Positions 26,600-41,423 of a stretch of 64,000 nt of DNA are shown piece after piece. The notes beneath the pieces are model-generated. The model saw nothing but the letters and a program-made list of their open reading frames with translations, was not told the DNA's origin and did not search any database. A program made the translations under genes and the position numbers. The DNA is from the human T2T-CHM13v2.0 reference genome, Homo sapiens, in NCBI RefSeq assembly GCF_009914755.1, contig NC_060939.1; one strand, 5' to 3'. How positions within the stretch are numbered: position 1 is the stretch's first letter; every line of letters starts with the position of its first letter.

Positions 26600-27190
26600 G
26601 GACCTTGTCCAGGGAGGGTCCCACCCTATACACTGGGGGAAGGGACACTGACATCATGAAGCTTCCATAAAATCTCAAGGGGACTGGGGTCAGAGAGCTT
26701 CTAGATAGCTGAACACGTGGAGGCTCCTGGAGGGTGGTGCCCAGGGAGGGCATGGAAGCTCCGCGCCCCCTCCCCCATACCTCACCCTACACATCTCCTC
26801 CTTTGTAATATCCTTTATAACAAATCAGCAAATGTGAGTGTTGCCCTGAGTTCCATGAGCCGCTCCAGCAAATTAATTGAACCTAAAGAGGGGATCATGG
26901 AGACCCCAACTTGAAGCCAGGTGATCAGAAGTTCCAGAAGCCTAGACTGGCGACTGGTGTCTGCGGATATTAGGGGCAGTCTTGGGCACTGAGCCCCCAG
27001 CTTGTGGGATCTGACACACTCTCCAGGTGGATAGCATCAGTAATTGAATTGGAGGACACCCAGCTGGCGTCCACTGGTTGGTGTGTGTGTGGGAAACTTT
27101 TGGTCACAGAAGCCTTCTATGTAGGTGACTGTTGCCACGGTGGTGTGAGAGCAGAGAAAGAAGCAGTGTGAAGAGAGTGTTCCCTACACA
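26600..27190 (+). mobile_element. MER21A-like LTR
   Basis: gctgaacacgtggaggctcctggagggtggtgcccagggagggcatggaagctcc...gaattggaggacacccagctgg. Confidence 0.8.
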
Positions 27191-28974
27191 GATACCAAAG
27201 TAAAATTTCAACTTTGGTTATGATTCACAGGTTTGAGACTCCATATGGGAACTGAAACTAAGATCCCCTGGGACTTGGAGCCCCAGGATCTGTTTTCCTC
27301 CTGGCGGAAGCTATAAGTCCCCTGTGAGCTCTCTCAAGCACTTCCCAAGATGCACGCCCTCTGCTATCACCCCGTGTGATGGCATAGATGACAGTAGGGG
27401 ACTCATCAGGGAGGGCTCCAGATCTCGGGCCTCACGGGGAAACCAGGGCTATGCTAAGTGATGGGGAGAGATTATGAAAGCTCCCAGAAGATAAGGCCCC
27501 CTCCTGAGCAAGGGCGGGAGAGAATACCATGGGCCTGAAAGTCAGGGTGTTCTCAGGGGAGACAGAGAGCTGAGACAGCAGCTGGTGGGAGGCATGAGCA
27601 GATGGTGTGCCTCGCTGCCGGAGACAGCACTGCGATCGAGACAAAGACGCGTCCTGGAGAGAGGAGGATGCCTCACTGGCCCTTCTGCAGGAGTCCTTGG
27701 CCAAGCTGGGAAGAGAGCCTTCTGGCAGGAAGTGGGATGAAAAAAAAGGGATACTGGCTTTCTCTAGTTTTCATCCTTAGTAGAGTCAGGAAGCAAAGAG
27801 AGGGATGGAGAGTGTCAAGAATTGCAATTGCTTCATGCCAAGGTCAAGAAGGGTGCCTGTTGCACCAGAACCCCTCAGGTTGTCTTGCAGGAGAGGTGGG
27901 AGTGAAGGGAATGAATGACGAGGGCCAACCTGAGCTGGGAAGGCGAGGGGACTGGACGAAGATTAAGGCCAGTGGGCTGAATGGTTAGGAGGCTTATGTC
28001 AGCATATCTTCCAATGTGTGGAGTTACGCCCTCAGGACTTAAGATGCTTTTCTGAAGACAATATTACACAATTTTTACATAGCAAATCTTTTTCTTTGTG
28101 ATTTCTCTTAATATTCCTAAGTTTTGAAAACCACTCCCTTCAAGAGGTTTGATTCGTATTTGATTTTATGTTCTCCTAGTTCACTAAAATTTGTAAAATT
28201 AATTCTCTAAAATCACTGGAATTAATTTTGGTGCATAGAGTGAGGTGAGGACCTCACTTTAAAATAATCTGTAACTCTCTTATTGATAAAAAAGAAAATG
28301 ATTTATCATAATAGCAGTAATTAGGAAAATATGGAAACACTGAAAGAAGAAAAAAACATCATGTTCTCACCACCCAGAAATAATCATAATCATTTTTATA
28401 CATTATCTTTTCTGTCTGTAGTTTTACATGATTTTGATCATATAATACATGTAAAATTATAAGGCTGATTTTAAAAATTGCATCCATATTGATAAATGTA
28501 ATATATGCTTATTAGAGAAAGTTTGGAAAATACATAAATTTATGAAGCAGAAAATGAAATTCAGTTGTATATATTTTCTTAAATATAATTTTTGTAGCTA
28601 TACTTGAGTGTTTTTCAAATCACTGAGACCATACAGTATATGCTGAACTTTAAGCATTGTGAGTACATATTAACAGATTCCAGATGGAAAAAAACATGAA
28701 GCAGGACATGGAAATTTACTATCTATCTATCTAATCTATAACTGATCTCTATCTGTATCTATGACATCTGTGGTTTATTAGCCTTTCCCAAATAACCTAT
28801 TCAATACTCAGTTTGCTCAATGTGATTTTTTTTCAAATGCTTCTGTAATATTTTATTTCTTAAGGTTTATAAGTTTCTTAATAATACAAGAAAAACTGTT
28901 TCTTGGATTATTACTCTTTTTTTAGTATTATTACTTTTGTAATTAACATTTTGGAGTTATTAAAATGTGTGTAG

Positions 28975-30210
28975 TTTCTTTCAAACTTTTAATCTGACAA
29001 TAATTTCTAACTTATAAAAAATAAAAATAGAATAAGGAACACTCATATATCTTAATTTATTTATTGATAACATCTTAAACTCATTTGCTTTATTGTGTTT
29101 TTCTCTCTCTCTCTCTCTCTCTCTCAGAATATTTTTCTGGGAAACCTTTGAAGGTAAGTTATAGATCATGGTCATTTACCCCTAAATACTTTGGTATTTC
29201 CAAAGAATGGAGATATTTTCTCACATAACCATGGTACAGTTATCAATTTCATACATTTATGACTTGCATTGATACAATAATTTTATTTAATCTACTGTCC
29301 ATATTCCAGTTTTGTCGGTTGCTCTGATAATGTCTGTAATGGCATCTCTCTCCTTCAGCACAGAATCTAGTCTAGGGTCAAGTATTGTGATTAGTTGTCA
29401 TAATTTGGAACATTTTCACAGCTTTTTTTGACTTTTATGACAATGACTTTTCTTTCGAGAATGCAGTCCCTCCCACCTACATTTTTAACTAGGATGTTAC
29501 TCATTTATGTAAATGTTTCATTTTGATTAAATTATGGCTATGTCTTCATGGCCAGAATACTGTATTGGAGATCCTGTGTCCTTTTCAGGGTGTCACATTT
29601 GGAAGCACATAATGTTCACTGATCCCTCATAGCTGTGCTTAATTTTGATCATCCTGTCAAGGTGTCATCCTATTTCTCCCACTATAGAATTAGTTTCCTT
29701 TTTTTCTTCATTGCAACTAATAAGTGGCCTGTAGATAGACACTTTAAGACCATAGAAATATTCTGTTTCTCATCAAAATTTCCTCTAGAATTAGTATCTA
29801 CTGATGATCCTTGACTGATCCAATCTTTAGCATGATGATTACAAAGTGATGGTTTTCTAACTCCAGCACTCCTTCCACATTCACTGGTGGACTTCTGGCC
29901 TTCTTCAAGAGACCTCCCTTCTCTCCCATTTATGTGTTTACTATTTGTTATTTATCATTTTCAGTATAGGCTAATTATTATTTTTTTCACAACAACCTGT
30001 TTATAACACATTATTGTATTTAAGTATTTTGGTGTTCAGGGTGTCCCAGAGATGGCCAGAGGGAGCCCCTTCAAGCTGGCTCATGTCCTTGTGAACTGCT
30101 TCCAGCATTCCTCGAGCACTTTGTTACTTTCTGGCACAACGATCTGCTCTAGGCTTATCTTGTACCCATCCTGTCCTAGCCCTGGAATCAGCCATTTCTC
30201 CAAGGAGCTA
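28975..30210 (-). mobile_element. L1MC4/5-like 3' region
   Basis: tttacccctaaatact...acataaccatggtacagttatc...gggagccccttcaagctggctc...cctggaatcagccatttctccaaggagc. Confidence 0.72.
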
Positions 30211-30838
30211 GGTATCACATGCTGGGTTTTCAGAGGTCTGCAAGACTTGTTACAAAAATTACAGTCATTACGCTTTCCCTTAATTTCTTGCTTCTCTGGA
30301 GCAACCACATTCAACTCTTTAGCTGATTCCATTTTCCTCTAAATTATTAAATAACATGCTTCTACTGCTACTTCAAGATTTTTTCACAAGCACGCATATT
30401 TTCCATCTCCTTATGCTCTCAATTCATTTACTTCATAAATTTGGTTACATTAATATTCAATATTTATAATATTTTGATGATGTAAGCATTATTCATAGCT
30501 GAACTATGAGTGTCCTATAATTAAGGCTACTTTTCCTTTCCTGAATAAGGTTTTATTTGCCCTGGAATGACCTGTCTTAATTTTTCTATTTGCTTAGTTT
30601 TTTTGTGCATTATTATCACCAACTCAAGCCCAAATTCTCAGTTGCTTCCCCAAATCTGCTCACGGTATCTCCAGATGCATCAGCAATTTATTCAAGTTCA
30701 TTTTCTTGAAGTACCTGCCCCTGTAGCCCTCTGACCTGCTCTAGTTTGAGCTGGCTGTGATACAGATGTTATCTCGGTTCTTCCTCACCATCATCTGGGG
30801 AGTTCCCTCATTTCCTTCCTAGATACTCCAGTCTCTGA

Positions 30839-31141
<303 letters not shown>

Positions 31142-32024
31142 CCCATCTCTTTCTACATTTAATCTTTTGTTTTGATGAATCACAATCTCTAGTAGTTTCC
31201 TAACTACTAATATTCTAAAAAGAATATATAAGAAGTACATTTTTGAGACCCTCCATGTCTAAAAATTCATTATACCCTCATCAATAATCGACTATTTGGC
31301 TAGATTTTAAATTCTACATCAGTTAGAATTCTCCCTCAGAATTTTTGAAAGAGTCCCTGTCTTCTAGCTTCTAATGCTGTAACCAAGAAGCCTAAAGCAA
31401 TTCTGGTTTTTGACTATTCCCCCTTTCTAGAAGCCTTTCCTTTTTGTCTTTAGTTTCTGAAATTTTGTCACGATGTGATTTAGTCTGTTTTCATCCACTA
31501 GATATTCAATGGGCTCCTTCAATCTGGAAATGCTTAGCCTCCAGTTCTGGAAAATTTTCTTGAATTATTTCTTTGATGATTTTTTTCCTCTCTGTTTTCT
31601 TTCTTTTCTCTTTGTGGAACTCCTATAATTTGCATCTTGGACCTAAATTGGGCCCTAATTTTATTTTCTATTTTCATCCCTTTAGTTTTCTCCTTCTACT
31701 TTCTGGAAGATTTTCCTATAATTTTCCAATTTTCCTTTTTCAGTTTAAAAAGTTTTTACTATTGTAGTTTTAATTTACAAAAGTTCTTTTTTGTTCTCTG
31801 AATAATCTTTTCCTATAGCAACCTTTCTTGTTTTGTAGATGTATCATTTTTGAAGAAGATATCTCTGAAGATTAATGGTGAGATTTTATTTTTTAATGTT
31901 TTCTTATCCATAAAAGGTCTGTTTTCTTCATCTTGCCTCTTCTATGTGTTTTCCCTAGGCCTCTGCCTTCCATATTACATGCTTTCCTTCAATGTTCAGT
32001 GATCCTTGGCTGTCTCATGAATTA

Positions 32025-32670
32025 TTTTTCAGTCAACCTCACTGAGATATAATTTGTATTTTCATTCCATTGGTATAATTTACATACAACAAATGTTCTA
32101 ATTTTAATGTAAAGTTCAATACATTTTGACATGTATTGGCAGGTATGTGACATACATTGGCAGGCATGTGAAAAATAAAATGTGACCCCCACCACAATGA
32201 AAACATGAAACACTTCCATTACCCTTGGGGCCCCTTTACAGTCCCCCTCCCACTGCCCCCACCTCCAGCCCCAGGGACCACTGATTTGCTTTATGCCATT
32301 ATATATTACTTTAGCTGACTCTAGAATTTCATGGGAAAGTAGTATATCTAATGTTTTTGAAATTCAATCATGTATGAATCTGTGGTTTACTTTCCTTTTT
32401 ATTCTATTCTATTAATTAATTCTATTATATTAATATATCACAATTTGTTTATTCATTCATTTATTGGTGGACATTTGGCTTGCTTTCAGTTTGGAGCACA
32501 AAGCTGTTATGAACATTCATGTACAACTCTTTATATGGAAAAACATTTCTATTTCTCTTGGCTAAATACCAAGTTTTGAAATTACTGTTTTATGGCAAGG
32601 GTATTCATAACTTTATAAGAAACTGTCAAACTATTTTCCCAAGTGGTTGTACCACTTTTACACTCTCATC
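32025..32670 (-). mobile_element. Old L1M 3' region (resumes at 33346)
   Basis: Antisense L1 3'UTR/ORF2 end (ggacatttggcttgctttcagtttgg, aaactgtcaaactattttcc). Confidence 0.75.
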
Positions 32671-32687
32671 AGCAACATGAGCATTCT

Positions 32688-33328
32688 TTTTTTTTTCTCT
32701 CATTTGGCAACAGTTTATTCAGAGGTATGTAAGGTAGAAATCAAAGCTGGATGGCAAGGCACTGTTGGGAGCTCCTCTCCCATGGGAGTAGTTCTTGGAG
32801 CAGCCATGCAGCAGCCACACCACTTCCCAGGCTTCTCAAATGATGTTTCAGGTGTGAAGCAACAAGATCCACATCAGGCAGGTGTAAGAATCACCCTGGC
32901 CTAGAAGCTCCATGCACCACAGTAGCCAATATCTTACAATAACTTCATAGACACAGCTTTCAGGGTCCCTATGGAGGCATATGGAGTTACAGGAGTCACC
33001 ACACTCAGGGGAACCAAAAGCTATGATGTCCCAATCAGATATGATGTCCCAAATGATTGTCCCAATCATTTATGGTTATCCTGAGTCCAGATGCAATTTA
33101 TCCAATAGGAGTTATTTCTACCAAAAGTAATGTTGCCTAGAGACATTGTTGACATTTTACCTTTATCAAGTTATTAGAGGAACAGAGAAAGGAAGGTAAG
33201 TGAAGGTCTGTAAATGACGAGTTAATGGGTGCAGCACACCAACATGGCGCATGTATACATATGTAACAAACCTGCACGTTGTCCACATGTACCCTAGAAC
33301 TTAAAAGTATAATCAAAAAATTAAAAAA
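32688..33328 (-). mobile_element. L1PA 3' transduction with inverted L1 end (twin priming)
   Basis: TSD agcaa(ca/tg)tgagcattct at 32671-32687 and 33329-33345; poly-T and tttatt at left; L1PA 3' end in + orientation at 33209-33328. Confidence 0.8.
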
Positions 33329-34130
33329 AGCAATGTGAGCATTCTAATTGCTCTGAATTTTCATCAACAGTTGGTATTGTGAGTTTTTTAATTTTAGACA
33401 TTCTAGAGGGTGTGTATTGTTACATTATGGTTCTGATATGCATTTCCTTGATAATTAATGATGTTGTTTTTTCATATACTGTCTACCTAAAGGAGTAGGG
33501 CACTGAAAAGCTGGTTAGACATTCAGGCCAGTGGAAAAGTCTTGTCAACTGAGGGTTTCACAATATAGTGGTCCTCCTGGGTCATTTTGCAGAGAATCCT
33601 GTTATTAATTTCTTAGTTTTTCTTTTTCTCTTAGAGACTAGTTAGAGTCCCATAGAAGTTTCTCCCAGTTTCCTTCTGGAAGTGTGTATATGGTTTCTAG
33701 AATTCTGAAATCCAGGTGTGAGAAGAAAGCTAGATGCATCAGCTTCCATTATCTCATCCTTGCCTTCAATTGTGTCTGGTATTTTTTAGCCTAGAGAACT
33801 TGTTTTGTACTCTCCAGAGAATAACCCTACAGTTTTCTACAGAGTGAGGGAGAGACTGCTCCCTAGCTGAGCTGAGTGGATGAGGGTATCTGGGGGATAT
33901 GTGCTTCTTTAACAGACTTTCACCCACTTTTCTCTTTTCAGATCAACTTTTACTCCTACTTCCCAAGGTATCTGGTGCTGTCTGTATCTGAGCCTTTGGG
34001 CATTGGATAATGTAAATTGACTAGTTTCTCAGCTATTCAGCTTCCTTGATTGTGAAAAAGGTTGCTATGTCACTATGTGCGGCTCCACTGTTGTAAAGGG
34101 AAAGATAAAAGTCTTTAGTGATTCTCCCAG

Positions 34131-34318
34131 CATAGAATACCAACAACATAAAGGATGTGACCTCTGTTAGTAAGAACTGGACCAGAAGAGAATTGTGATT
34201 GCTCAAGAGCCATCAAATAGGGCAAGAAAAATGGCAAACAGAGTTCTCACATGGCAGAGCTTGAAGAAAACAGCAGAAAACCAAGGGAAGGACTTTGGGG
34301 TCTGGCTTTGCCCTCAGG
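34131..34318 (+). pseudogene. Candidate decayed coding exon
   Basis: Unique purine-rich island among L1 fragments; acceptor gattctcccag|, donor AGG|GTACTG; frames IEYQQHKGCDLC**ELDQKRIVIAQE and LLKSHQIGQEKWQTEF. Confidence 0.33.
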
Positions 34319-34419
34319 GTACTGAAGACCACTGAATACATGCAGTTCAACCGAATTTGGGATCTAATTTAAGAAGACTTGCCAATCCGTTGATATCATT
34401 ACTTCCACTTAAATCAATA

Positions 34420-35110
34420 TATTTTTTTTGGAGTAGTTTTAGGTTTACAAAAATAAAAATGAGAGGAAAGTAAAGAGAGATCTCCTCACTCATATATATC
34501 CCTTTATTCCCACCCCAATTTCTTGTATTATGAACATCTTGCATTAGTGTGATACATTTGTTACAGTTGATGAGCCAATAGTGATACATTATTATTAACT
34601 AAAGTCCATAGTTTACTTTAGGGTTCCTTCTTGATGTTGCACATTCTACGGACTTTGACAAATGCATAACAACCATGTATCTGCCTTAAATATTCCCTGT
34701 GTAGCACCTATTCATGCTTCTCTCCCTCCCTCTTCCTAATCTCCTGGCAGCCATTGTCTCCATAGTTTCACCTTTTCCAGAATGTCATATAGCTGGAATC
34801 AGTCAGTATGTAGCCTTTTTAGATTGGTTTCTTTCACTTAGTAATATGCATTTAACATTCCTGTGGGTCTTTTCATGGCTTGATAGCTCATTTCATTTTA
34901 GTACTGAATAATACTCTATTGTCTGGATGTCCCAGTTTATTTATCCATGCACCTACTGAAGGACATCTTGGTTGCTTCGCAGTTATGAGTAAAGGCACTA
35001 TAAACATTTGTATGCTTTGTGGGGACATAAGCTTTCAACTCACTCAGGTAAAGAACAAAGAGTGCAATTGCTGGTTTATGTATAGTTTTGTAAGAAGCCG
35101 CCAAACTATC
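34420..35110 (-). mobile_element. L1MC1-3-like 3' region
   Basis: gagtagttttaggtttaca...gatgagccaatagtgatacattattattaactaaagtccatagttt motifs. Confidence 0.78.
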
Positions 35111-35642
35111 TTCTTCCCCCATTTGTTTTTGAGTTCTTGGTTTGGTTTGTCTTGAAGTCTGCAGGAGCACATCTACGGGTAATTTTTAAAAGAAGGATAT
35201 ATAAGAAGGCGATGTTGATGGTATATTTTCTAAAAATATCTTTCCATGGCCTTTATCCATAGAAGTCACGGTGGCCACGCTTAACCATGTTGTGTCACAA
35301 AGCTTTCCTCTCAAATATTTGTAGCTATTACTGTCATGTTCTCTGGCATTTAATGTTGTTGAGTCTGAGGTCAATCTAATTTTGTCCCTGTAGATAACTG
35401 ATTTTGTGTGCCTATATCCTTAAAGGAATCTTTGTTAGTAGAATTCAAGAGTGTTATCAGGATGTGCCCAGATGCTGATTCTCTGTGTTACCTTTTGAAT
35501 GTAGGAAAATTTTCCAATATGCAGGCTTAGGACATTTTACCACTTAGGGAAATCTTTTTAGTGGGTCTTCAATTATTGCTTATTTCAAATGTTCTGATTG
35601 TTGCCTTGAAAACATCTAATTTACTTAAGGCAGATTCCTAAT

Positions 35643-36074
<432 letters not shown>

Positions 36075-36355
36075 TAATTTTTAAAATCCTCCTTGTGTAT
36101 CTTTATCATTTTCATGACTTTCTTTTTCTCTTTTAAAAAGTTTCTCAGATTTTTTTTCGTCCTTGACATCACTATTTGGGTTTCTGAGGGTCAATTCTCT
36201 TTTTTACTGTCTCCAATTTGAATTTGCACACAGGTCATTGCATTTCTTAAAAATTTTAGTGCTTCCTTTGGATATGACTTTCTGCTCAAGCTTTAGAGAG
36301 CAGAAATGGGATGTCTTCTTGCATGCCTTAATTAAGGATGCCAAGTGATTTTCTA

Positions 36356-37653
36356 TTTTTTTTGATTTATTTTTATTAAAATACTGACTTTTATTTCACA
36401 TGTATATTTTTGTCTCCCCACCATTTCTATGTCTGACCACTGCTACTACTATGTCCTATCATAACATTCCATACATACTTAAAACCAAGCAAAGGGTGGA
36501 TTTTCATCTTTAAAAACTAAACAGGCATTTTGGACAACACATTCTTGGCAATGGAACCTGGACAACATTTATCAAACATGGTAGGGAAAGTTCTCACTCT
36601 GCATTATAAAAAGTACAGCCAGATAGCAACTGTTAGAGAAATGAAGTAAGATGGAAAATTTTTAACAAATTGTTCAAACGATTTTCTTAAAGAGACTTCC
36701 TCCACTGCCAGAGATCTTGAATAGCCTCCTGGTCATTCATCCAGAGACAATTCTTTACATAATTGACGAACTTGGCTTCCATTTTGGGAAACAAACCAGC
36801 TTTTTCTATACTTGCTTGCATTTTTGCTTTAATGTCTTCTACAGAACTAGGCCCTTTTGGTGTTTTAGGAGGTTTTTTTTTTTTCCTGTTTCTTGAAGGT
36901 TTCTTGTCCTTTTGATCTTGGTGTTGACGGTTTTGAGTCTTTTCCATTCTGATTTGACTTCTGTGCATTTTCGGCTGGAGCATCTTTATAGATTTCTTCA
37001 CCGGTGCTTTTTCTTCAATATCCTCATCATCAAAATCTTCTTCTTCCTTCTTCTCCTTCTCCTTCTTATTCTTCTTCATCAGCGGCAAGTTTTACTTGTT
37101 TCTGTGGAACCTTGCTACCACCTCCAGGGGCATCACTTTCCAGATATACTTAAGAGTTTCACATCCTCCTTCTCTTCGTCTTCTGATTCTGCAGCTTCCT
37201 CCACAGCTACTAAGTGCTGTCCACTAATATGCACTGGCCCCGAACCAAGCTTCAACCATAAGACCACTGGTGGTGTTATTTCAAAGTCCCCAAGGGAAAC
37301 CGTTGACTGTACAGACATTTTCAAAGTTGTCAGTCTTACTTTAATTGGACTGTCTTCATAATTCATTGTTTCTGCTTCAACAATGTGCAGTTCATCCTTT
37401 GCACCAGCTCCTAAACTGACTGTTCCTAAAGATAACTGGTCTCATTTTCATCATTATCCACCTTAAAGTGATCATCTTTGTTGGCCTTTAGTTCGCAACC
37501 AAAAAGATAGCTCTGGGGCCTCAGGGGGCTCATGTCCATGTCCATCGAATCTTCCTTGGGATGGTGGCACACCCTTAGGTGGGAGAGAAGGTGGATGGAG
37601 ATAAATGACTACTGCTCCAGAGAACAGCCATGCAGGATGGAATCACACCAGGG
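36356..37653 (-). pseudogene. NPM1P: Nucleophosmin (NPM1) processed pseudogene, near full-length
   Basis: Intronless match to NPM1 mRNA including 5'[58 protein letters not shown] and [14 protein letters not shown], plus 3'UTR, AATAAA and A-rich tail. Start ATG mutated to AAG (37557), 1-bp deletion near 37440, stop at 37133 and further frameshifts. Copy number not determinable. Confidence 0.97.
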
Positions 37654-38129
37654 ATTTTTTTCCTGATTTCTATGGTGAATAATATTCTGCTAATCTTATG
37701 TTTTTATAAGTTCTACAAAGGCCCTACTCTACAACCCATTTGGTTTCAGTTGACAGCAGGTGAACTTGCACAGCTCAGCCCATGGCTAGCTGAATCTCAT
37801 AAGGTACAGTCCCTGGGTCTTCTATGATGGAGCACACCAAAAATTTCAATCCCCAACATGCATTGTTACCAGGACTCCTCCTATCTCAGACTCTGCCTGC
37901 AGTGTTCTGTGGGAGCAGTGTGTTGCAAGAGGAAAGCACCTTCACCAGCATCTTTCTTCCCCTCCGTCCTGTTCTGGTGTTTTCTAGAAATTGGAATGGC
38001 ATGTGAAATGGTAATCACTAGTGCCTGGCTCTCATGCTCACTGACCACGCTTCTCCCATTGATAAGTCTCCTAGACTAGAATACAAGATGATATTTTTAA
38101 AATGTCTTTAATGATACATTTTATTTCTT

Positions 38130-38550
38130 TAAAATATATTTGTTGAGCACTTCCTTTATGTAGGGTCCTGTTGTAGGCAATAAAAATAGAGCAGTGAGCA
38201 AGAAAGGCATGGCCCTGCCCTCAGGGAGCTTCCATCCTGGGTTTGGTTGAGGATGAATAGGAAACAACTGACAACATAATGAATGACTGTAGGTACAGTT
38301 GTGATTAGGGGTTCAGAGAAAACATCCAGACCAAGGAGCAGTGGTGTTGGTGGTGGTTCCCGCATAGCTTTCCCTGAATAATTGGTGTTCGAGTTGAGCT
38401 CTAAAAGATCAGAATGAATAAACAAGAAGAGAAGGAGAGTTAGGATGTTTCAGGCATAGATCATATACCAAGAGCCTGAGGCAGGAGGACATGGTGGGTT
38501 TGAGGGCATTGTAGAAAGTCGATGTGTCTGGAGCTTGGAGGGGAGAAACA
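38130..38550 (-). mobile_element. L2 LINE 3' fragment
   Basis: atatttgttgagcac...gcagtgagcaagaaaggcatggccctgccctcagggagct. Confidence 0.7.
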
Positions 38551-39732
38551 AGAAGAGGTAAAGTCGTGTTCATTGTTGCAACCCCAGTGCTTGGGTGGAG
38601 TAGGGGGCTCTATAAATGTTTGTGTCTGATGAGTGGAAGATGGTAGTTGTAGCTAATCTGTAAGGAAGTTCCTGATGGTGGGTGTTGGGCTGCCCTCAGC
38701 TCTTTCTTGTCCTTACATTTCTACCAGTAATTAGAGTGACAATGCAGAAGCCATGCCCAGTCGGCCAGGAGATGAGGACATGGGTCAGAGTCAGAGAAGG
38801 GCTAAAAGGACAAGCAGCATGTGGCTGAGGCCAAAAGGGAAAGGAAACCACATGGATTTGAAGCAGCTTGGAAAGGTTTGAGATGGGATAGCTTTGGAGG
38901 CAGGTCTTGAGGAGTGGAGGAGGAGGAATCTTAACAAGTAGCAGCGAAAGAGGCAAGGAGTAGGAGAATAGAACAAGGTGAACAAAAGCCCCAAGAAGAG
39001 ACACTGCGGGTGTGGTGGTCCCTCTGGGCTGCAGGACCAGATGTGTGCATTGTGGGGAGGCTGGATGCTGAGATAGACGAGGCAGCATCTCAGCTGCACT
39101 CGGTCAGGAAGAATGTGTCCCCAGAATAGATGTGCCCCCTTCTTAGAGCCCATCAGGATAAAGCCTGGGTCAGCCTTACTCTGTGCACCTGCTTTTCACA
39201 TTCAAGCACTGAGTGAAAAGTACCTGCATATGTCTTTGGGTGGTGAAGAAAAATGGCCAAAACTGGGAAGCCCCAAATCTTCAAATGCAGACTTTGCCTC
39301 CCACTGCTTCTCAGTGAACTTGAGAATTTGCCCCATCTCATCACTCAGATCTCATCAGCTCTGAGACCTAGTAAAAACTCTCCTCCCCAAGTCCTAGAGA
39401 ACCAGAACAAAGGAAAAGAGGACAGACTCCAGCCCTGACTGCAAACCATTAGTTTTGATAAACATCTGTGTTGGTGGCGCCAGGGCTATTCATTCAACCA
39501 ACATTTCCTGTGTGCCTTCTCCATGCCATGCACACAGGCTGGCATCAGGCGGTGCAGCTATCTCTTTTGCACTGAGAACTGTCATAAACAACACCATTTA
39601 GGACAAGAGACATCCAAGGGAGCAGTCTCTGAGGAAGTGGCTTGGCTTCTCTGAGCACCCTGAAGTCTTGGGCATTCATTCACTCTTAGAGGGAGGGAAT
39701 GGCTGGGAACTGGGGAAGTGAGGCTTCCTCAG

Positions 39733-40230
39733 AGACTAAGCAGCCACGAGGCTGCAGCTCCCCTGGAACAGGCAGACTTGCACAAACTCCAGTGAATTAG
39801 AAGTGTAAATTGAGGAGTTCGACTTGGCTTGCACAGTACAATAAAGATCTGCAAATACTCAGCTCCGTATTGAACCTGAGGCAGGGTGATTAATTCATTA
39901 TTCGCTTCCCAGCTTGGAAGCAAAAGCTTGTATACCCAGGGGCCAGCATGGATCAGCAGAGTCATAAATCACGCCACTTACAAGTCTAGCAATGAGAAAA
40001 TCCACTGGCTGGAGGGGGGATGCTCTTCAGGCAGCAACAGCGGCCAGAGGACCGGCCAGTCAAGGCGGGCCAGTCTGCTCTCTGGAGACAGACCGATTGG
40101 CCAGGCATTTCGCCTTCCAGCCAAGACGGCCAGCCTCTCGGCCACCCGGCTTGGCGTTTCCTGGCCAGACCACAAGGAAATAAACTCCACTCCACCCAAG
40201 AGGAATGCTCCTGTGACCTGAAATGGCCTC
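39733..40230 (+). other. Unique CpG-retaining island: candidate exon remnant or regulatory element
   Basis: Acceptor ttcctcag|; frames HEAAAPLEQADLHKLQ* and LAQYNKDLQILSSVLNLRQ; GC/CpG-rich 40040-40170 with several TGGC/GCCA motifs. Confidence 0.3.
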
Positions 40231-40784
40231 TCTCAAATGTAGACAAAGTACTAGGAATAGCATCAGTATCTCTCCAAAAGGCTGCTATTGTCCAATTGGG
40301 ATAAACCACTCTCCACCCCGCTCCTTGGGCTGTTCTGGGTTCCAAGTCCTTCTGCCCCAGCCAGAGGGCCAGCCTGGTGTCTGCTCAGCATCCTCCAATC
40401 CAGGTCCCTGGATATCATCGGCTGCCAACCCTGAGCCAGGGCCTTTGCCCTCCAATCTCTGCTAGCTTCAGGACAGGACGCTTTGGGGATCCGAATTTCA
40501 TTGAGAGTTGAAAGGTAACAGCCAGCAAAGGGCTCTTTAGCCCCTATTCGAATACAAGGTAGCTCTTTAAATATTTGATAATTCTTTCTCTTCCAAGTAA
40601 AACACCCTAGGTTTCCTCAATTATTCCTCATATTTCAAGATTTCTAAAGCCCCTTCAATGGCCAGGAAGTCCTTCCATTTTGATATTGACTATTTCCCAC
40701 TTTACATTTCCTCTTAATTCTCCAAAATCTCGGAAAGGGACCCAGCACTTCCTGTGTGTTCTTGTTCTTGTCATGAGAGAACAA

Positions 40785-41423
<639 letters not shown>

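Noticed and set aside
36687-37366. NPM1-like ORFs as a functional gene
   Set aside because: Intronless, start codon mutated, several frameshifts and a premature stop: a processed pseudogene.
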